Positions 52,168 through 60,432 of a stretch of 64,000 nucleotides of DNA are shown here, piece by piece (position 1 is the first letter of the stretch; each line of letters starts with the position of its first letter). The notes under the pieces are model-generated. The model worked only from the letters and a program-made list of their open reading frames with translations, was not told where the DNA came from and searched no databases. The position numbers and the translations under genes were made by a program. Source of the DNA: Candidatus Lutacidiplasmatales archaeon (GTDB lineage Archaea > Thermoplasmatota > Thermoplasmata > Lutacidiplasmatales > UBA184); contig JBIOKR010000006.1 of NCBI GenBank assembly GCA_044451945.1, positions 8,605 to 72,604 of the forward strand, read 5' to 3'.

Positions 52168-53195
52168 GCGAGCTCTCCGTGGAACGCCTCGTGGCCCGGC
52201 AGGGCGAGTTCACGCTCGGCCCGGTCGACCTCACGGTCCCCGAGGGAAGGGCCCTCGCCGTGATCGGGCCGTCCGGATCCGGGAAGACGACGCTCCTGCG
52301 CGCCCTCTCGGGATTCGTGCCGCTCGCGGGAGGCCGCCTGTCGATCGACGGGGGCGACTTGGCCCGGCTCGCGCCCGAACAACGAGGGATCGGGTACGTT
52401 CCGCAGGGCCTCGCCCTATTCCCTCACCGGAGCGTCCGAGGGAATCTCGAGTACCCCCTGGAGATCCGGGGCAGGTCCGACGGCGCAGAGCGGGTGGAGG
52501 ATCTGGCGAAAAGCTGGGGTCTCTCCTCCCTCCTCGACGCCCGGCCCGGCGAGATCTCCGGCGGCGAACAGCAGAAGGTGGCGATGGCGCGCGCGCTCGC
52601 CTCGGAGCCGAGGGTCCTCCTCTGGGACGAGCCACTCTCCGCCGTGGACGCCCTGGCGAGGAGCCAGCTGATCGATCTCGTTCGCCAGGAGCTCGAACGG
52701 GTGCGGATCCCGATGGTGCTGGTGACCCACGACGCAGAGACGGCGTTCAGCGTGGCGGACCGGTTCCTCGTGCTCGACCACGGTGCGGCGCGCTTCTACG
52801 AAAACTCGGAAGCACTCGAAGCGCACCCCCAGAACGCTTTCGTCGCGCGGTTCGCGGGCTATGAGAACGTCCTCGGACCCGAGGAGCTCGGGCGTCTCAA
52901 GGCAAACGGCCCGGCCGAAGAACTCATCGCGAGGTCGGGGCGGGACGGCGTCTGCTTCCCCGCGGACGCGGTAGTGATCATGACGGCCTCGGAACCGGGG
53001 TGGACCGCGTCGGTGCTTCGAATTCGCCGCAGCCCTTCGTTCGTCCGCCTCCAGCTCGAAACGGCCGGGGTCTCTCTCTCGATGGTGCTAAGCTCCTCGT
53101 CCCCCCTCCCACCTGCCGTCGGTGTAGGAGCTCCCGTGAAGGTGAGGGTCCGAGCGGAAGCGGTCCGGCCCGTCGGGCCAGGAAAGATGGACTAG
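52164..53195 (+). CDS. wtpC: tungstate/molybdate ABC transporter ATP-binding protein with C-terminal TOBE-like domain
   Basis: Walker A GPSGSGKTT, signature ISGGEQQKVAMARAL, Walker B LLWDEPLSAVD, H-loop VTHD. The ATG overlaps the permease stop (ATGA). Confidence 0.88.
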   Translation: MSELSVERLVARQGEFTLGPVDLTVPEGRALAVIGPSGSGKTTLLRALSGFVPLAGGRLSIDGGDLARLAPEQRGIGYVPQGLALFPHRSVRGNLEYPLEIRGRSDGAERVEDLAKSWGLSSLLDARPGEISGGEQQKVAMARALASEPRVLLWDEPLSAVDALARSQLIDLVRQELERVRIPMVLVTHDAETAFSVADRFLVLDHGAARFYENSEALEAHPQNAFVARFAGYENVLGPEELGRLKANGPAEELIARSGRDGVCFPADAVVIMTASEPGWTASVLRIRRSPSFVRLQLETAGVSLSMVLSSSSPLPPAVGVGAPVKVRVRAEAVRPVGPGKMD

Positions 53196-53198
53196 AGC

Positions 53199-53861
53199 AT
53201 GCCCGCTCGAACGGGTCGAGAGGTCGTCCTCACGGAGCTCGACGCCGGGTTGCTGCTCGCTATCGAGGAAGAGAAGAACCTCGTGCGGGCGTGTGAACGA
53301 TTGGGGATCGGGCGCGACCGTGGCAACTCCCGCATTGGGAGGCTGTCGAGAGCGCTCGGGCAGCCGGTGGTCGAGGCGAACCGGGGGGGTCGAGGGAAGG
53401 GTGGCACCCGCCTTACCCCGATGGGACGCCGACTCCTTCGCCAGTCTCGCCCGCCCCACCAGGTGGTCCCACGCGACCCGGCACGACCGCTCGAGTCGAC
53501 GATTTTGCACGGGACGTACCGCGCCCGTCCCTCGCCCCGGGTGCGCCTCGACTCGGGAGCCGAGCTGTTCGTCGGGTTCCGGCGGCCCGACGGGGAGCGT
53601 GTCGCCGTGGCGATCGATCCCGAGGTCGTCCTCGTCGGCCTCGGGAGGTTCGCGACAAGTGCACGCAACACCCTCCCGGGAACCGTGCGTCGGGTCCATC
53701 GGGTCGACGCGAACCACATCGCCGTGGACGTGGACGTCGGGGGGTCGGTGATCCGCGCCGGCGTCACCCCCGAATCCGTCTCTCAGTTGGCCCTCGCCCC
53801 AGCCGCACAGGTGTATCTGTACGTGAAGGCGCTCGCCGTTCGTTGGATCGGGCCCTCCTGA
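53199..53861 (+). CDS. ModE-like molybdate-responsive regulator (N-terminal HTH + one TOBE/Mop domain)
   Basis: LLAIEEEKNLVRACERLGIGRDRGNSRIGRLSRALGQPVV...GGTRLTPMGRRLL is ModE-N-like. C-terminal NTLPGTVRRVHRVDANHIAVDVDVGG...YLYVKALAV is TOBE-like. Confidence 0.75.
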   Translation: MPARTGREVVLTELDAGLLLAIEEEKNLVRACERLGIGRDRGNSRIGRLSRALGQPVVEANRGGRGKGGTRLTPMGRRLLRQSRPPHQVVPRDPARPLESTILHGTYRARPSPRVRLDSGAELFVGFRRPDGERVAVAIDPEVVLVGLGRFATSARNTLPGTVRRVHRVDANHIAVDVDVGGSVIRAGVTPESVSQLALAPAAQVYLYVKALAVRWIGPS

Positions 53862-53981
53862 CCCGGCCCCGGCCGGGCGATCCTGGATTGGCGGATTCCG
53901 ATGGATCGAGCCCGCGAGCTAGTCTCCCTCGACTCTTGGACCACGGAGCTTTGACCCCGCCGTTTGGGGGCCAATGGAAGG

Positions 53982-53988
53982 ATTAATA
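53982..53988 (+). promoter_or_regulatory. TATA-box-like element (ATTAATA)
   Basis: AT-rich heptamer centred about 30 nt upstream of ATG 54015. Used to prefer that start over 53964. Confidence 0.35.
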
Positions 53989-54014
53989 CCCGGAAATCCA
54001 CCAGCGCCATCCAG

Positions 54015-55040
54015 ATGCCACGATCGCCCGCGGATCCCACCAGCGCCGCCGAGACGGAGCCCCGGTCGGCCGAACGGGCCGCGGAACCGAAGCGTCAGGT
54101 CCTGAACGCGGGCGTGGTCGCCTTCAATGAGGAACGCCACGTCGAGTCGGCCTTGCGCTCGCTGCTGCGGCAACCGCTCCCCGAGGGATTCCGCTGGGGA
54201 ACGATCTGGGTCGTGGCGAGCGGATGCAGCGACCGGACCGTCTCCATCGTGCAGAGCGTCGCCGCCACCGAACCGCGTGTCGTTCTCGTCGAGGAACGGG
54301 TGCGACGGGGAAAGGCCCAGGCGCTCGCCGAGGTGTTCCGACGAGCCGAGGGAGGGTTCCTGGTGCTGCTGAACGCGGACGCGCTCGCCCACGATGGGGC
54401 GCTAGGGGCGCTGCTGGACGCCGCGGTCGGCTCCACGATCCCAGCGGCCGTGATGGCCCGACCGGTCGTTCCCGAACGAAGCGCCCGTGGTGCCTTCGGA
54501 GGGGCGATAGAGCTCCTCTGGGCGTTGCATCACGAGCTCCACGTGGAGATGATAGATCGCGGTGAGGGGACCCACCTGTCCGACGAGCTTCTGCTGTTGC
54601 GCCTTCGCCGGATGCCCGAGATCCCTTCTGGGGTGATCAACGACGGTTCGTTCCTCGGAGCTTGGCTGACACGGGAACGAGGGACGCTGCGCTACGCCCC
54701 CAATGCGCAGGTGTCGATCCAAGTCCCCCGCTCAATGAGAGAGCACCTCGTCCAGCGTCGCCGTATCCTCGCCGGGCATGCCCAGGTTGAGGCGTCGCTC
54801 GGGATCTCTCCCACCACGTTCCCCTCCTACTTCCGAGCGCATCCTTCGTCGGCGACCCAGCTGCTGCGCCGGACGCTCAAGGGCCGGCCGAACGGATCCC
54901 GCGACCTCCTCCTGCTCACCGTTGCTGAGCTCGCCGCCGTAGCCCTCTCCCTTTGGGCGAGGATCCCCCCGCGGCGCAACTTCGTGCTCTGGGAACGGGT
55001 GGGACTTCCTACGCTCTCTCCCCGACGCACCGAAGCGTAG
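54015..55040 (+). CDS. family 2 glycosyltransferase
   Basis: GVVAFNEERHVESALRSLL...ASGCSDRT...LLNADA (DxD-like), with a C-terminal hydrophobic helix. Confidence 0.75.
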   Translation: MPRSPADPTSAAETEPRSAERAAEPKRQVLNAGVVAFNEERHVESALRSLLRQPLPEGFRWGTIWVVASGCSDRTVSIVQSVAATEPRVVLVEERVRRGKAQALAEVFRRAEGGFLVLLNADALAHDGALGALLDAAVGSTIPAAVMARPVVPERSARGAFGGAIELLWALHHELHVEMIDRGEGTHLSDELLLLRLRRMPEIPSGVINDGSFLGAWLTRERGTLRYAPNAQVSIQVPRSMREHLVQRRRILAGHAQVEASLGISPTTFPSYFRAHPSSATQLLRRTLKGRPNGSRDLLLLTVAELAAVALSLWARIPPRRNFVLWERVGLPTLSPRRTEA

Positions 55041-55080
55041 GCTCGCCCCCGCCGGGCGCCGGACGATCCCCGATCGCGGG

Positions 55081-56319
55081 TCAGTTCGCGGTCAGCGTCA
55101 CCGGGGTGGGGAGCAGGAGCGGCGCCCTCGGGGGGGCGCTGAAGTTGAAGAACCCGATGAGGGACGGGGAGTCGGTGATCTGCGGGGTGAGGTACGGCAA
55201 TCCAAAGTTGTCCTCCGCGAACTTGAGCAGGCTCGCCGGGTCGAGCCGTTCGTGGGAGATCCTACCGGCCGGGGTCCACGGGGAGATCACGATGAAAGGG
55301 ACGCGAAAGCCGTCGCCGACGGCTCCACGGGTCGGCGGTACGACCGGGTCCCAGAATCCCCCGTTCTCGTCGTCGAAGAAGAAGACGGCAGAGGAGTTGG
55401 CCACGGGGCTGGTGAAGATCTCGTTCAGCACCGCCACCGTCCAGTCTTCTCCGAGGGTGATGTTTCCCGGCGGATGATCGCTCACCGGGAAGTCCTGGGA
55501 CGGGTCGATGTAGGTGATCGCCGGGGCATGGGGGCCCGAAAGGAGCCCTGCGAGCTGGCCCATCGGGACGATCCGCGAAGTAAGGCATGCGCTGTCGGCG
55601 ACCGCCGGAACAAGGAGCGGAATCTGTGCGGCCCTAGGGCCAGCGTAGACGTAGCTCCACGGGATCCCGGCGTCCTCGAGCTGGTTCAGGAGGGTCGTGC
55701 CGGTGACGGCATTGGCCGGCGGTTGCGCGTCGGAGGTCCACGAGGTCTCGGTGAGGCCGAGGTCGAACAGACGGTTCGGCAGCGTAGGCCCGAGCACGCC
55801 GGCGAAGAATCGGTCGCCGATGGTATAGTTCTGGGCGTAGGCAAAGTAGTCGGGGATCTGCGCCGAGGTGTAGTAGCCCACGGCGTCCTCGGGGGTCGGG
55901 AGCCCGAGGGAGGCGGCCTGCGCGACGAACAGGTCGTTGCGGCCGTGGTCGAGGTCGGTGAGGTCTGAGCCGCGGTCGTTGGGGAGATACGGAGCGCTCG
56001 AGGCGGACAGTGGGTACGGGGCGACCAAGGGCGGGCCGCCGAAGGAGGCGGGGAAGCTTCCGTTCGGCGGATAGCCGATGACGCCGGGGATCGTCCCGAA
56101 GAAGTTCTCGAAAGCATGGTTCTCCTTGATCAGGAAGAAGATGTGCTGTATCGGCGAGCGGGCGTCGGACGCCGACCACCCCAACCGCGGGCACGGGAAG
56201 CCCACCGAGGGGACCCAGGCGACGGCGATGGTGGGAACGACCATGGCGACGACGAGGAGGGCGATGAGAACGGTGGGGGGGCTTGCCGTGCGGGGCGGAG
56301 ACTCCCGGGGAATCGACAT
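55081..56319 (-). CDS. membrane-anchored phosphoesterase-family protein (PlcN/AcpA-type, PF04185-like)
   Basis: N-terminal TM VLIALLVVAMVVPTIAVAW, then IQHIFFLIKENHAFENFFGT and DHPPGNITLGE, typical of the phosphoesterase family. Confidence 0.8.
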   Translation of the reverse strand: MSIPRESPPRTASPPTVLIALLVVAMVVPTIAVAWVPSVGFPCPRLGWSASDARSPIQHIFFLIKENHAFENFFGTIPGVIGYPPNGSFPASFGGPPLVAPYPLSASSAPYLPNDRGSDLTDLDHGRNDLFVAQAASLGLPTPEDAVGYYTSAQIPDYFAYAQNYTIGDRFFAGVLGPTLPNRLFDLGLTETSWTSDAQPPANAVTGTTLLNQLEDAGIPWSYVYAGPRAAQIPLLVPAVADSACLTSRIVPMGQLAGLLSGPHAPAITYIDPSQDFPVSDHPPGNITLGEDWTVAVLNEIFTSPVANSSAVFFFDDENGGFWDPVVPPTRGAVGDGFRVPFIVISPWTPAGRISHERLDPASLLKFAEDNFGLPYLTPQITDSPSLIGFFNFSAPPRAPLLLPTPVTLTAN

Positions 56320-56471
56320 CGTCGGCCCACGACCTTACGGTCAACGGTCGCGAGAAAGACGGCTTGGGATAGGGTTAGCCGGTCCTCTCCCCTCAGGGGG
56401 GCCCTCCGGGGCTCCCCGCATTGCGAGAGCTACCCGAAGGAGAATAAGCCCGGGGACGTTCGACGGTCGCG

Positions 56472-57665
56472 ATGCGGAGGCTCTGGGGGGTGGCCATCGC
56501 CATCGGGGTCGTGGTTCTGCTCGCGATCGCGGGCTGGGACCTGCTCCTTAGGTCTCCTACCGGGACCGCGACGGAGGGTGCCTGTCCGGCCCTCGCGCAG
56601 GGTCCCCTGTCGGTCGAGAACACCACCGCTGACCTGGGCGGCGTATTCCAGGCGGGTTCGATCCAGGCGTTCGGCTCGAACCAAACGTCGATCCTGCTCG
56701 GGGGTCTCTCTGCGTTCGATCAGTCCGCGGTGCCCTTTGTGAGCGAGCCGGCCGCCGCGGAACTCGCCGGTACCCCGGGCTCGTCCGCCGCCATCAACCT
56801 CACCTCCCTCCTCGCCCCGTACTTTTCCGGGGGCGGCATCTTCCCACCCGTCTGGAACGGGTCGGCGTGGCTGATCGCTGGCCAGACGAGGGTCGCCGGG
56901 GAGCTCGAGGGGAGTGCGGTGTTCCTTCAAGGGAGCCGGGTCACCGATCTGACCTCGCTCTTGTCTCCGTTCTTCCGCGGCCAGGGCATATTCATCGCCG
57001 GCTGGGACGGGACCGGTTGGCTGATCGGTGGAAACGAGACGAGTGAAGCGTCGCTCGTCTACCTCGAGAACGGTGCCGTCACGAACCTCTCTGGACTCAT
57101 CCCCCATAACCGAGCCGGGGACTGGGTGCAGGTGATCGGCTGGAACGGGGCCGCCTGGCTCGTGGGTGGGTTTGGAGTCTTCGGCACCTGGTCCGCGGGG
57201 CGATACACCGACCTGTATCCTACGTCGGCGTTCACCTCGGGGGGTGTCTACGCTTTGGGATGGAACGGGAGTGCTTGGTTGGCGAGTGGGGAACCCGCTG
57301 TCCTCGAGGTGCTGGACGGGAGCTCGCTCACGACCGGTCCCGGGCTTTCCAATTGGACTACCGGGTGGGTCAGCTCCATCGTCCCGCTCGCGGGGGGCTG
57401 GCTGCTCGCGGGGGCATCGAGCACCTCCGATGGGAAGTACAACCCCCGCGTCGAGCTATCGGGTGGAGAGGCCGGACGAGGTGTGCTCGACGTCAGTGCC
57501 TGCCTGCCTGGGGCGTTCTCGGGTGGTTGGGTCCAGTTCGCTTCCGGGGCGGATCCCCTTCCACCGGGAAGCGTCCTATTGGTCGGCGAGGGAAGGACGA
57601 ACCCTGTTACCGGGTCCAGCCACGGCGCGGCCGCGACGATCGGTCTCCCCCTGGACCACCCGTGA
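56472..57665 (+). CDS. secreted or anchored repeat protein with GW[ND]GxxWL[IV]xG blades (unclassified beta-propeller-like)
   Basis: N-terminal anchor LWGVAIAIGVVVLLAIAGW. Repeats VWNGSAWLIAGQ, AGWDGTGWLIGGN, IGWNGAAWLVGGF, LGWNGSAWLASGE, LAGGWLLAGAS, each preceded by V[TS][DN]L[TS]xL. Confidence 0.65.
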   Translation: MRRLWGVAIAIGVVVLLAIAGWDLLLRSPTGTATEGACPALAQGPLSVENTTADLGGVFQAGSIQAFGSNQTSILLGGLSAFDQSAVPFVSEPAAAELAGTPGSSAAINLTSLLAPYFSGGGIFPPVWNGSAWLIAGQTRVAGELEGSAVFLQGSRVTDLTSLLSPFFRGQGIFIAGWDGTGWLIGGNETSEASLVYLENGAVTNLSGLIPHNRAGDWVQVIGWNGAAWLVGGFGVFGTWSAGRYTDLYPTSAFTSGGVYALGWNGSAWLASGEPAVLEVLDGSSLTTGPGLSNWTTGWVSSIVPLAGGWLLAGASSTSDGKYNPRVELSGGEAGRGVLDVSACLPGAFSGGWVQFASGADPLPPGSVLLVGEGRTNPVTGSSHGAAATIGLPLDHP

Positions 57666-57686
57666 CCTCGGAGCGGGTGGACGGTT

Positions 57687-58703
57687 GTGCCGGATTCCAC
57701 AGGATCTCGCCCCAAGGTGAGCGTAGTCATCGCGGGCCACGGCCGCACGGAGTTCTTCGAAGGGGCCGTGGAATCGGTCCGGCGCCAGACTCTGAGGGCG
57801 GCCGAGCGGGAGACCTTGGTACTCAAAGACGTCCGAAATCCCGAGCTCGATCGCCGACTCGAAGCGGCGGGAGCAACCGTCCTCCAGCTCGAGGACGGCC
57901 CCCGGGGTGGCTGGCTCAGCGCCGCGTTATCAAATGCGCGGGGGGAGCTGATCGCCTTCCTGGACGACGACGATGAATTCGAGCCGTTCAAACTCGCACG
58001 GGCCGTACAGGCGTTCGAGAATCATCCGTCCGCGGCGTACTACCACAACAGGATTCGGCGTCTGGACGCTACTTCAACCGCCGAGCCGCCCCCCGACGCC
58101 AACCCTCCGCTGCGTGCGGTGACTTCCGAGCAAGCACGGCGGTCGTTCTCCCGGCTATGGCGCGAAGGCGCGGGTTTCAATCTGAGCTCGATCGTCGTCC
58201 GACGGTCGCTGATTGAGAATGACCCGGGGCAGCTCGCTCAGGTCCAGGTGAGCGTCCCAGCCTACCTGTTCTACTCGGCGCTACGAGGCCCAGCGGGGCT
58301 CCTGCTGGATGAAGGAGAGTGGACGCGCTATCGCTTCGCTTCGCCGACGGCGCGCGGGTACGCGTCGCCGGGACCCCGTTCCGCTCGCCGGCTCGCCGAG
58401 GTGGCTCGGGAGCATCTGCTCGACGCAAGAATCCTCGCCGCCATCGCGGAGTCGATGGACCTGCCGGAGGCCCGCCGCCCACCGGAAGCCGCCCTGGCCC
58501 AAGCGACCTTGGTGATCGCGCTCGATGAGGGGACGAACGGGAGGATCGAGAGGTTACGGGCGCTACTGCGTCTTTTCCGACTCCGACCATGGGGAGCTCT
58601 CGCGGCGGACCGCGCCGTGCCCATTCTCTCGGTCTGGGCCCTCCTGGACCCGTGCGATGCCCACCGGCGGTGGGTTCGACTCAAGGCAACGGACCGAGGC
58701 TAG
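57687..58703 (+). CDS. family 2 glycosyltransferase
   Basis: KVSVVIAGHGRTEFFEGAVESVRRQT and DxD motif FLDDDDEF. GTG start. Confidence 0.78.
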   Translation: MPDSTGSRPKVSVVIAGHGRTEFFEGAVESVRRQTLRAAERETLVLKDVRNPELDRRLEAAGATVLQLEDGPRGGWLSAALSNARGELIAFLDDDDEFEPFKLARAVQAFENHPSAAYYHNRIRRLDATSTAEPPPDANPPLRAVTSEQARRSFSRLWREGAGFNLSSIVVRRSLIENDPGQLAQVQVSVPAYLFYSALRGPAGLLLDEGEWTRYRFASPTARGYASPGPRSARRLAEVAREHLLDARILAAIAESMDLPEARRPPEAALAQATLVIALDEGTNGRIERLRALLRLFRLRPWGALAADRAVPILSVWALLDPCDAHRRWVRLKATDRG

Positions 58704-58876
58704 GCAGCTTCCTCTGGCGTAACCGGGGAGTTGTCCCCCACTTCACCCTAGGAGAGGAGAGTGTGACTACCTCCCGTCGCCTCGGGCCCTTCCCGGCCGA
58801 GCGCTCCGACTCGAAGTTCGGTGCCTACCCCTCGTCCGAGAGCCCCTAAATAGAACGGACGCTCGCCGACTCCGAA

Positions 58877-58950
58877 GGGCCCGTAGTATAGCTTGGATAT
58901 CACAGAGGCCTCCGGAGCCTCGGACCCGGGTTCGAATCCCGGCGGGCCCG
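58877..58950 (+). tRNA. tRNA-Arg (anticodon CCG)
   Basis: GGGCCCGTAGTATAGCTTGGATATCACAGAGGCCTCCGGAGCCTCGGACCCGGGTTCGAATCCCGGCGGGCCCG. Perfect acceptor stem, anticodon arm GAGGC-CTCCGGA-GCCTC, T-arm CCGGG-TTCGAAT-CCCGG. The D-stem is irregular (needs a bulged C). Confidence 0.85.
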
Positions 58951-58953
58951 TCG
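58936..58953. repeat. direct repeat copy 1 (putative attL) = tRNA-Arg 3' end
   Basis: ATCCCGGCGGGCCCGTCG. Identical 18-mer at 60757-60774. Confidence 0.75.
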
Positions 58954-59232
58954 AACTACGATTCGGATCGACAGTCTCTGAGCCTCGCCCCGCCTCATCT
59001 GGAACGAACCGGCCCGTTGACCAGCCGTCGCCGATCTCGGCTCCGGGCGGCACGCGACCGAGGGGTGGGGGATGCTGCCGGGCTTGGGCGGTCGGGGCAG
59101 GTGCCGGTTTCTCGATTGCGATTCCTCGCTCAGCGCTCGCCTCCCGCCGCCGCGTGCGGGGAGAACCGGATGGCCGGCCGATGACCCACGTGACCTGGGC
59201 GAACGGTGACCACCGGGCGTATATATCACCAA

Positions 59233-59973
59233 ATGATATATGACCTCGTGACGACCCTCCGGACCTTTGCCGTCCCGGCCACGTTCCAGCGTATCTGGGA
59301 GAAGATCGGAAGCCGGCCATTCTCGCCTCGCGAGGTGGAGGAGCTTGCCCGCAAGCGGGGGGTCGCCAACTACGTCGTGCTTTCTCGATTGACGCAAGGC
59401 GGCTGGCTCCTGCGACTGAGTAGGGGTCGGTATCTTGCCGCGGAGCCGTTAGTCCGTATGGATAGCCGGCTCCGAACTCGGCTCGCGCCGTTCCGGGAGA
59501 GGTGCTTCTATCCGATCCTCCAGGGGGCGGTGGCCTCGATCCTCCAAGTGTACGCCGGCCAGGTGATCGCCATCGCCCTGTTTGGGTCCGCCGCACGCGG
59601 TACCGACAGCCCCGAGAGCGACCTCGACCTTCTCGTACTGGTCGATCGCCGCACGGCCTCTCCCATGGACGACGCAAGGACTCGGGCGCGAATCGGACGA
59701 TTGTCGGCCGGAGCCCGAATGGAAGAGTGGGAGACGCGCCGACATTTTCACCAGGTTCAGGTCGTCATCGCGATCCCGTCGGACCTCGACCGACCGGGCC
59801 CGCTGTTCCTCGATTTGTCCCAGGACGCGCATGTCCTCTGGGACCCTTCCGGAGTCTTGGCGCGGGGACTGCGCCGTTTCGCCGCCAGGTTACGGTCGGC
59901 GGGTGCTCGCCGGCGGCACTCGAGCCAACTCGGAACGTACTGGGATCTGGGTCGAGCCTTCGCCGAGGGGTGA
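59233..59973 (+). CDS. winged-helix (AbiEi-N-like) domain fused to minimal nucleotidyltransferase (MNT antitoxin-type)
   Basis: N-terminal PFSPREVEELARKRGVANYVVLSRLTQGGWLLRLSRGRYL (RGxY wHTH). Pol-beta NTase motif ALFGSAARGTDSPESDLDLLVLVD. Start ambiguous: GTG 59206, ATG 59233 or GTG 59248. Confidence 0.75.
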   Translation: MIYDLVTTLRTFAVPATFQRIWEKIGSRPFSPREVEELARKRGVANYVVLSRLTQGGWLLRLSRGRYLAAEPLVRMDSRLRTRLAPFRERCFYPILQGAVASILQVYAGQVIAIALFGSAARGTDSPESDLDLLVLVDRRTASPMDDARTRARIGRLSAGARMEEWETRRHFHQVQVVIAIPSDLDRPGPLFLDLSQDAHVLWDPSGVLARGLRRFAARLRSAGARRRHSSQLGTYWDLGRAFAEG

Positions 59974-59974
59974 C

Positions 59975-60430
59975 GTGAAGGGAAACCCTCGGTTCGCCAC
60001 CGGAACACTCCGTCGTGGTCTCGATGCGCTGGAGGTGGCCGAATCCGCCTTCGAGCGCCGACGCTTCGCCCTCGTGGTGTCGCTCGCTCAGCAAGCGGCC
60101 GAGCTCGCCCTCAAGGCCGACCTTCGGTGGGCGGGAATCGACCCCCCTCGGCAACACGATGTCGGGGACCTGCTTCGCGCCCGGGGCGCGAGGTTTCCGG
60201 CGTGGTTCCGCCGCGAGGTGCCCTTCCTGCGGGAATCCTCCGAACTCCTCGCACGCCTTCGCGAGCCGGCCACGTACGGAAGCCCTTCGGAGGATCGATC
60301 GCCGGGTGAGCTCTTCGCCGACCCCGCCGTCGCTCAGGATGCTCTGGATCGCGGGCGCCGGGTCTGCGCTCTCTCGTCCCGGCTGGTCGCTCGGAACGGC
60401 GGCCCCTCCGCTGCCTTGGTGAAGGCGTAG
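59975..60430 (+). CDS. HEPN-domain protein (toxin-type partner of MNT)
   Basis: 151 aa from GTG 59975, 1 nt after the MNT stop. Helical; FALVVSLAQQAAELALKADLRWAGIDPPRQHDVGDLL and LARLREPATYG resemble PF05168-type HEPN. Confidence 0.7.
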   Translation: MKGNPRFATGTLRRGLDALEVAESAFERRRFALVVSLAQQAAELALKADLRWAGIDPPRQHDVGDLLRARGARFPAWFRREVPFLRESSELLARLREPATYGSPSEDRSPGELFADPAVAQDALDRGRRVCALSSRLVARNGGPSAALVKA

Positions 60431-60432
60431 CT

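Noticed and set aside
58893-59243. 116-aa ORF running through tRNA-Arg and the left repeat, considered as a possible split integrase fragment (SSV-type int(N)/int(C))
   Set aside because: The Pro/Gly/Ser/Arg-rich translation has no tyrosine-recombinase motifs (R..H-x-x-R..Y). It overlaps the tRNA itself.
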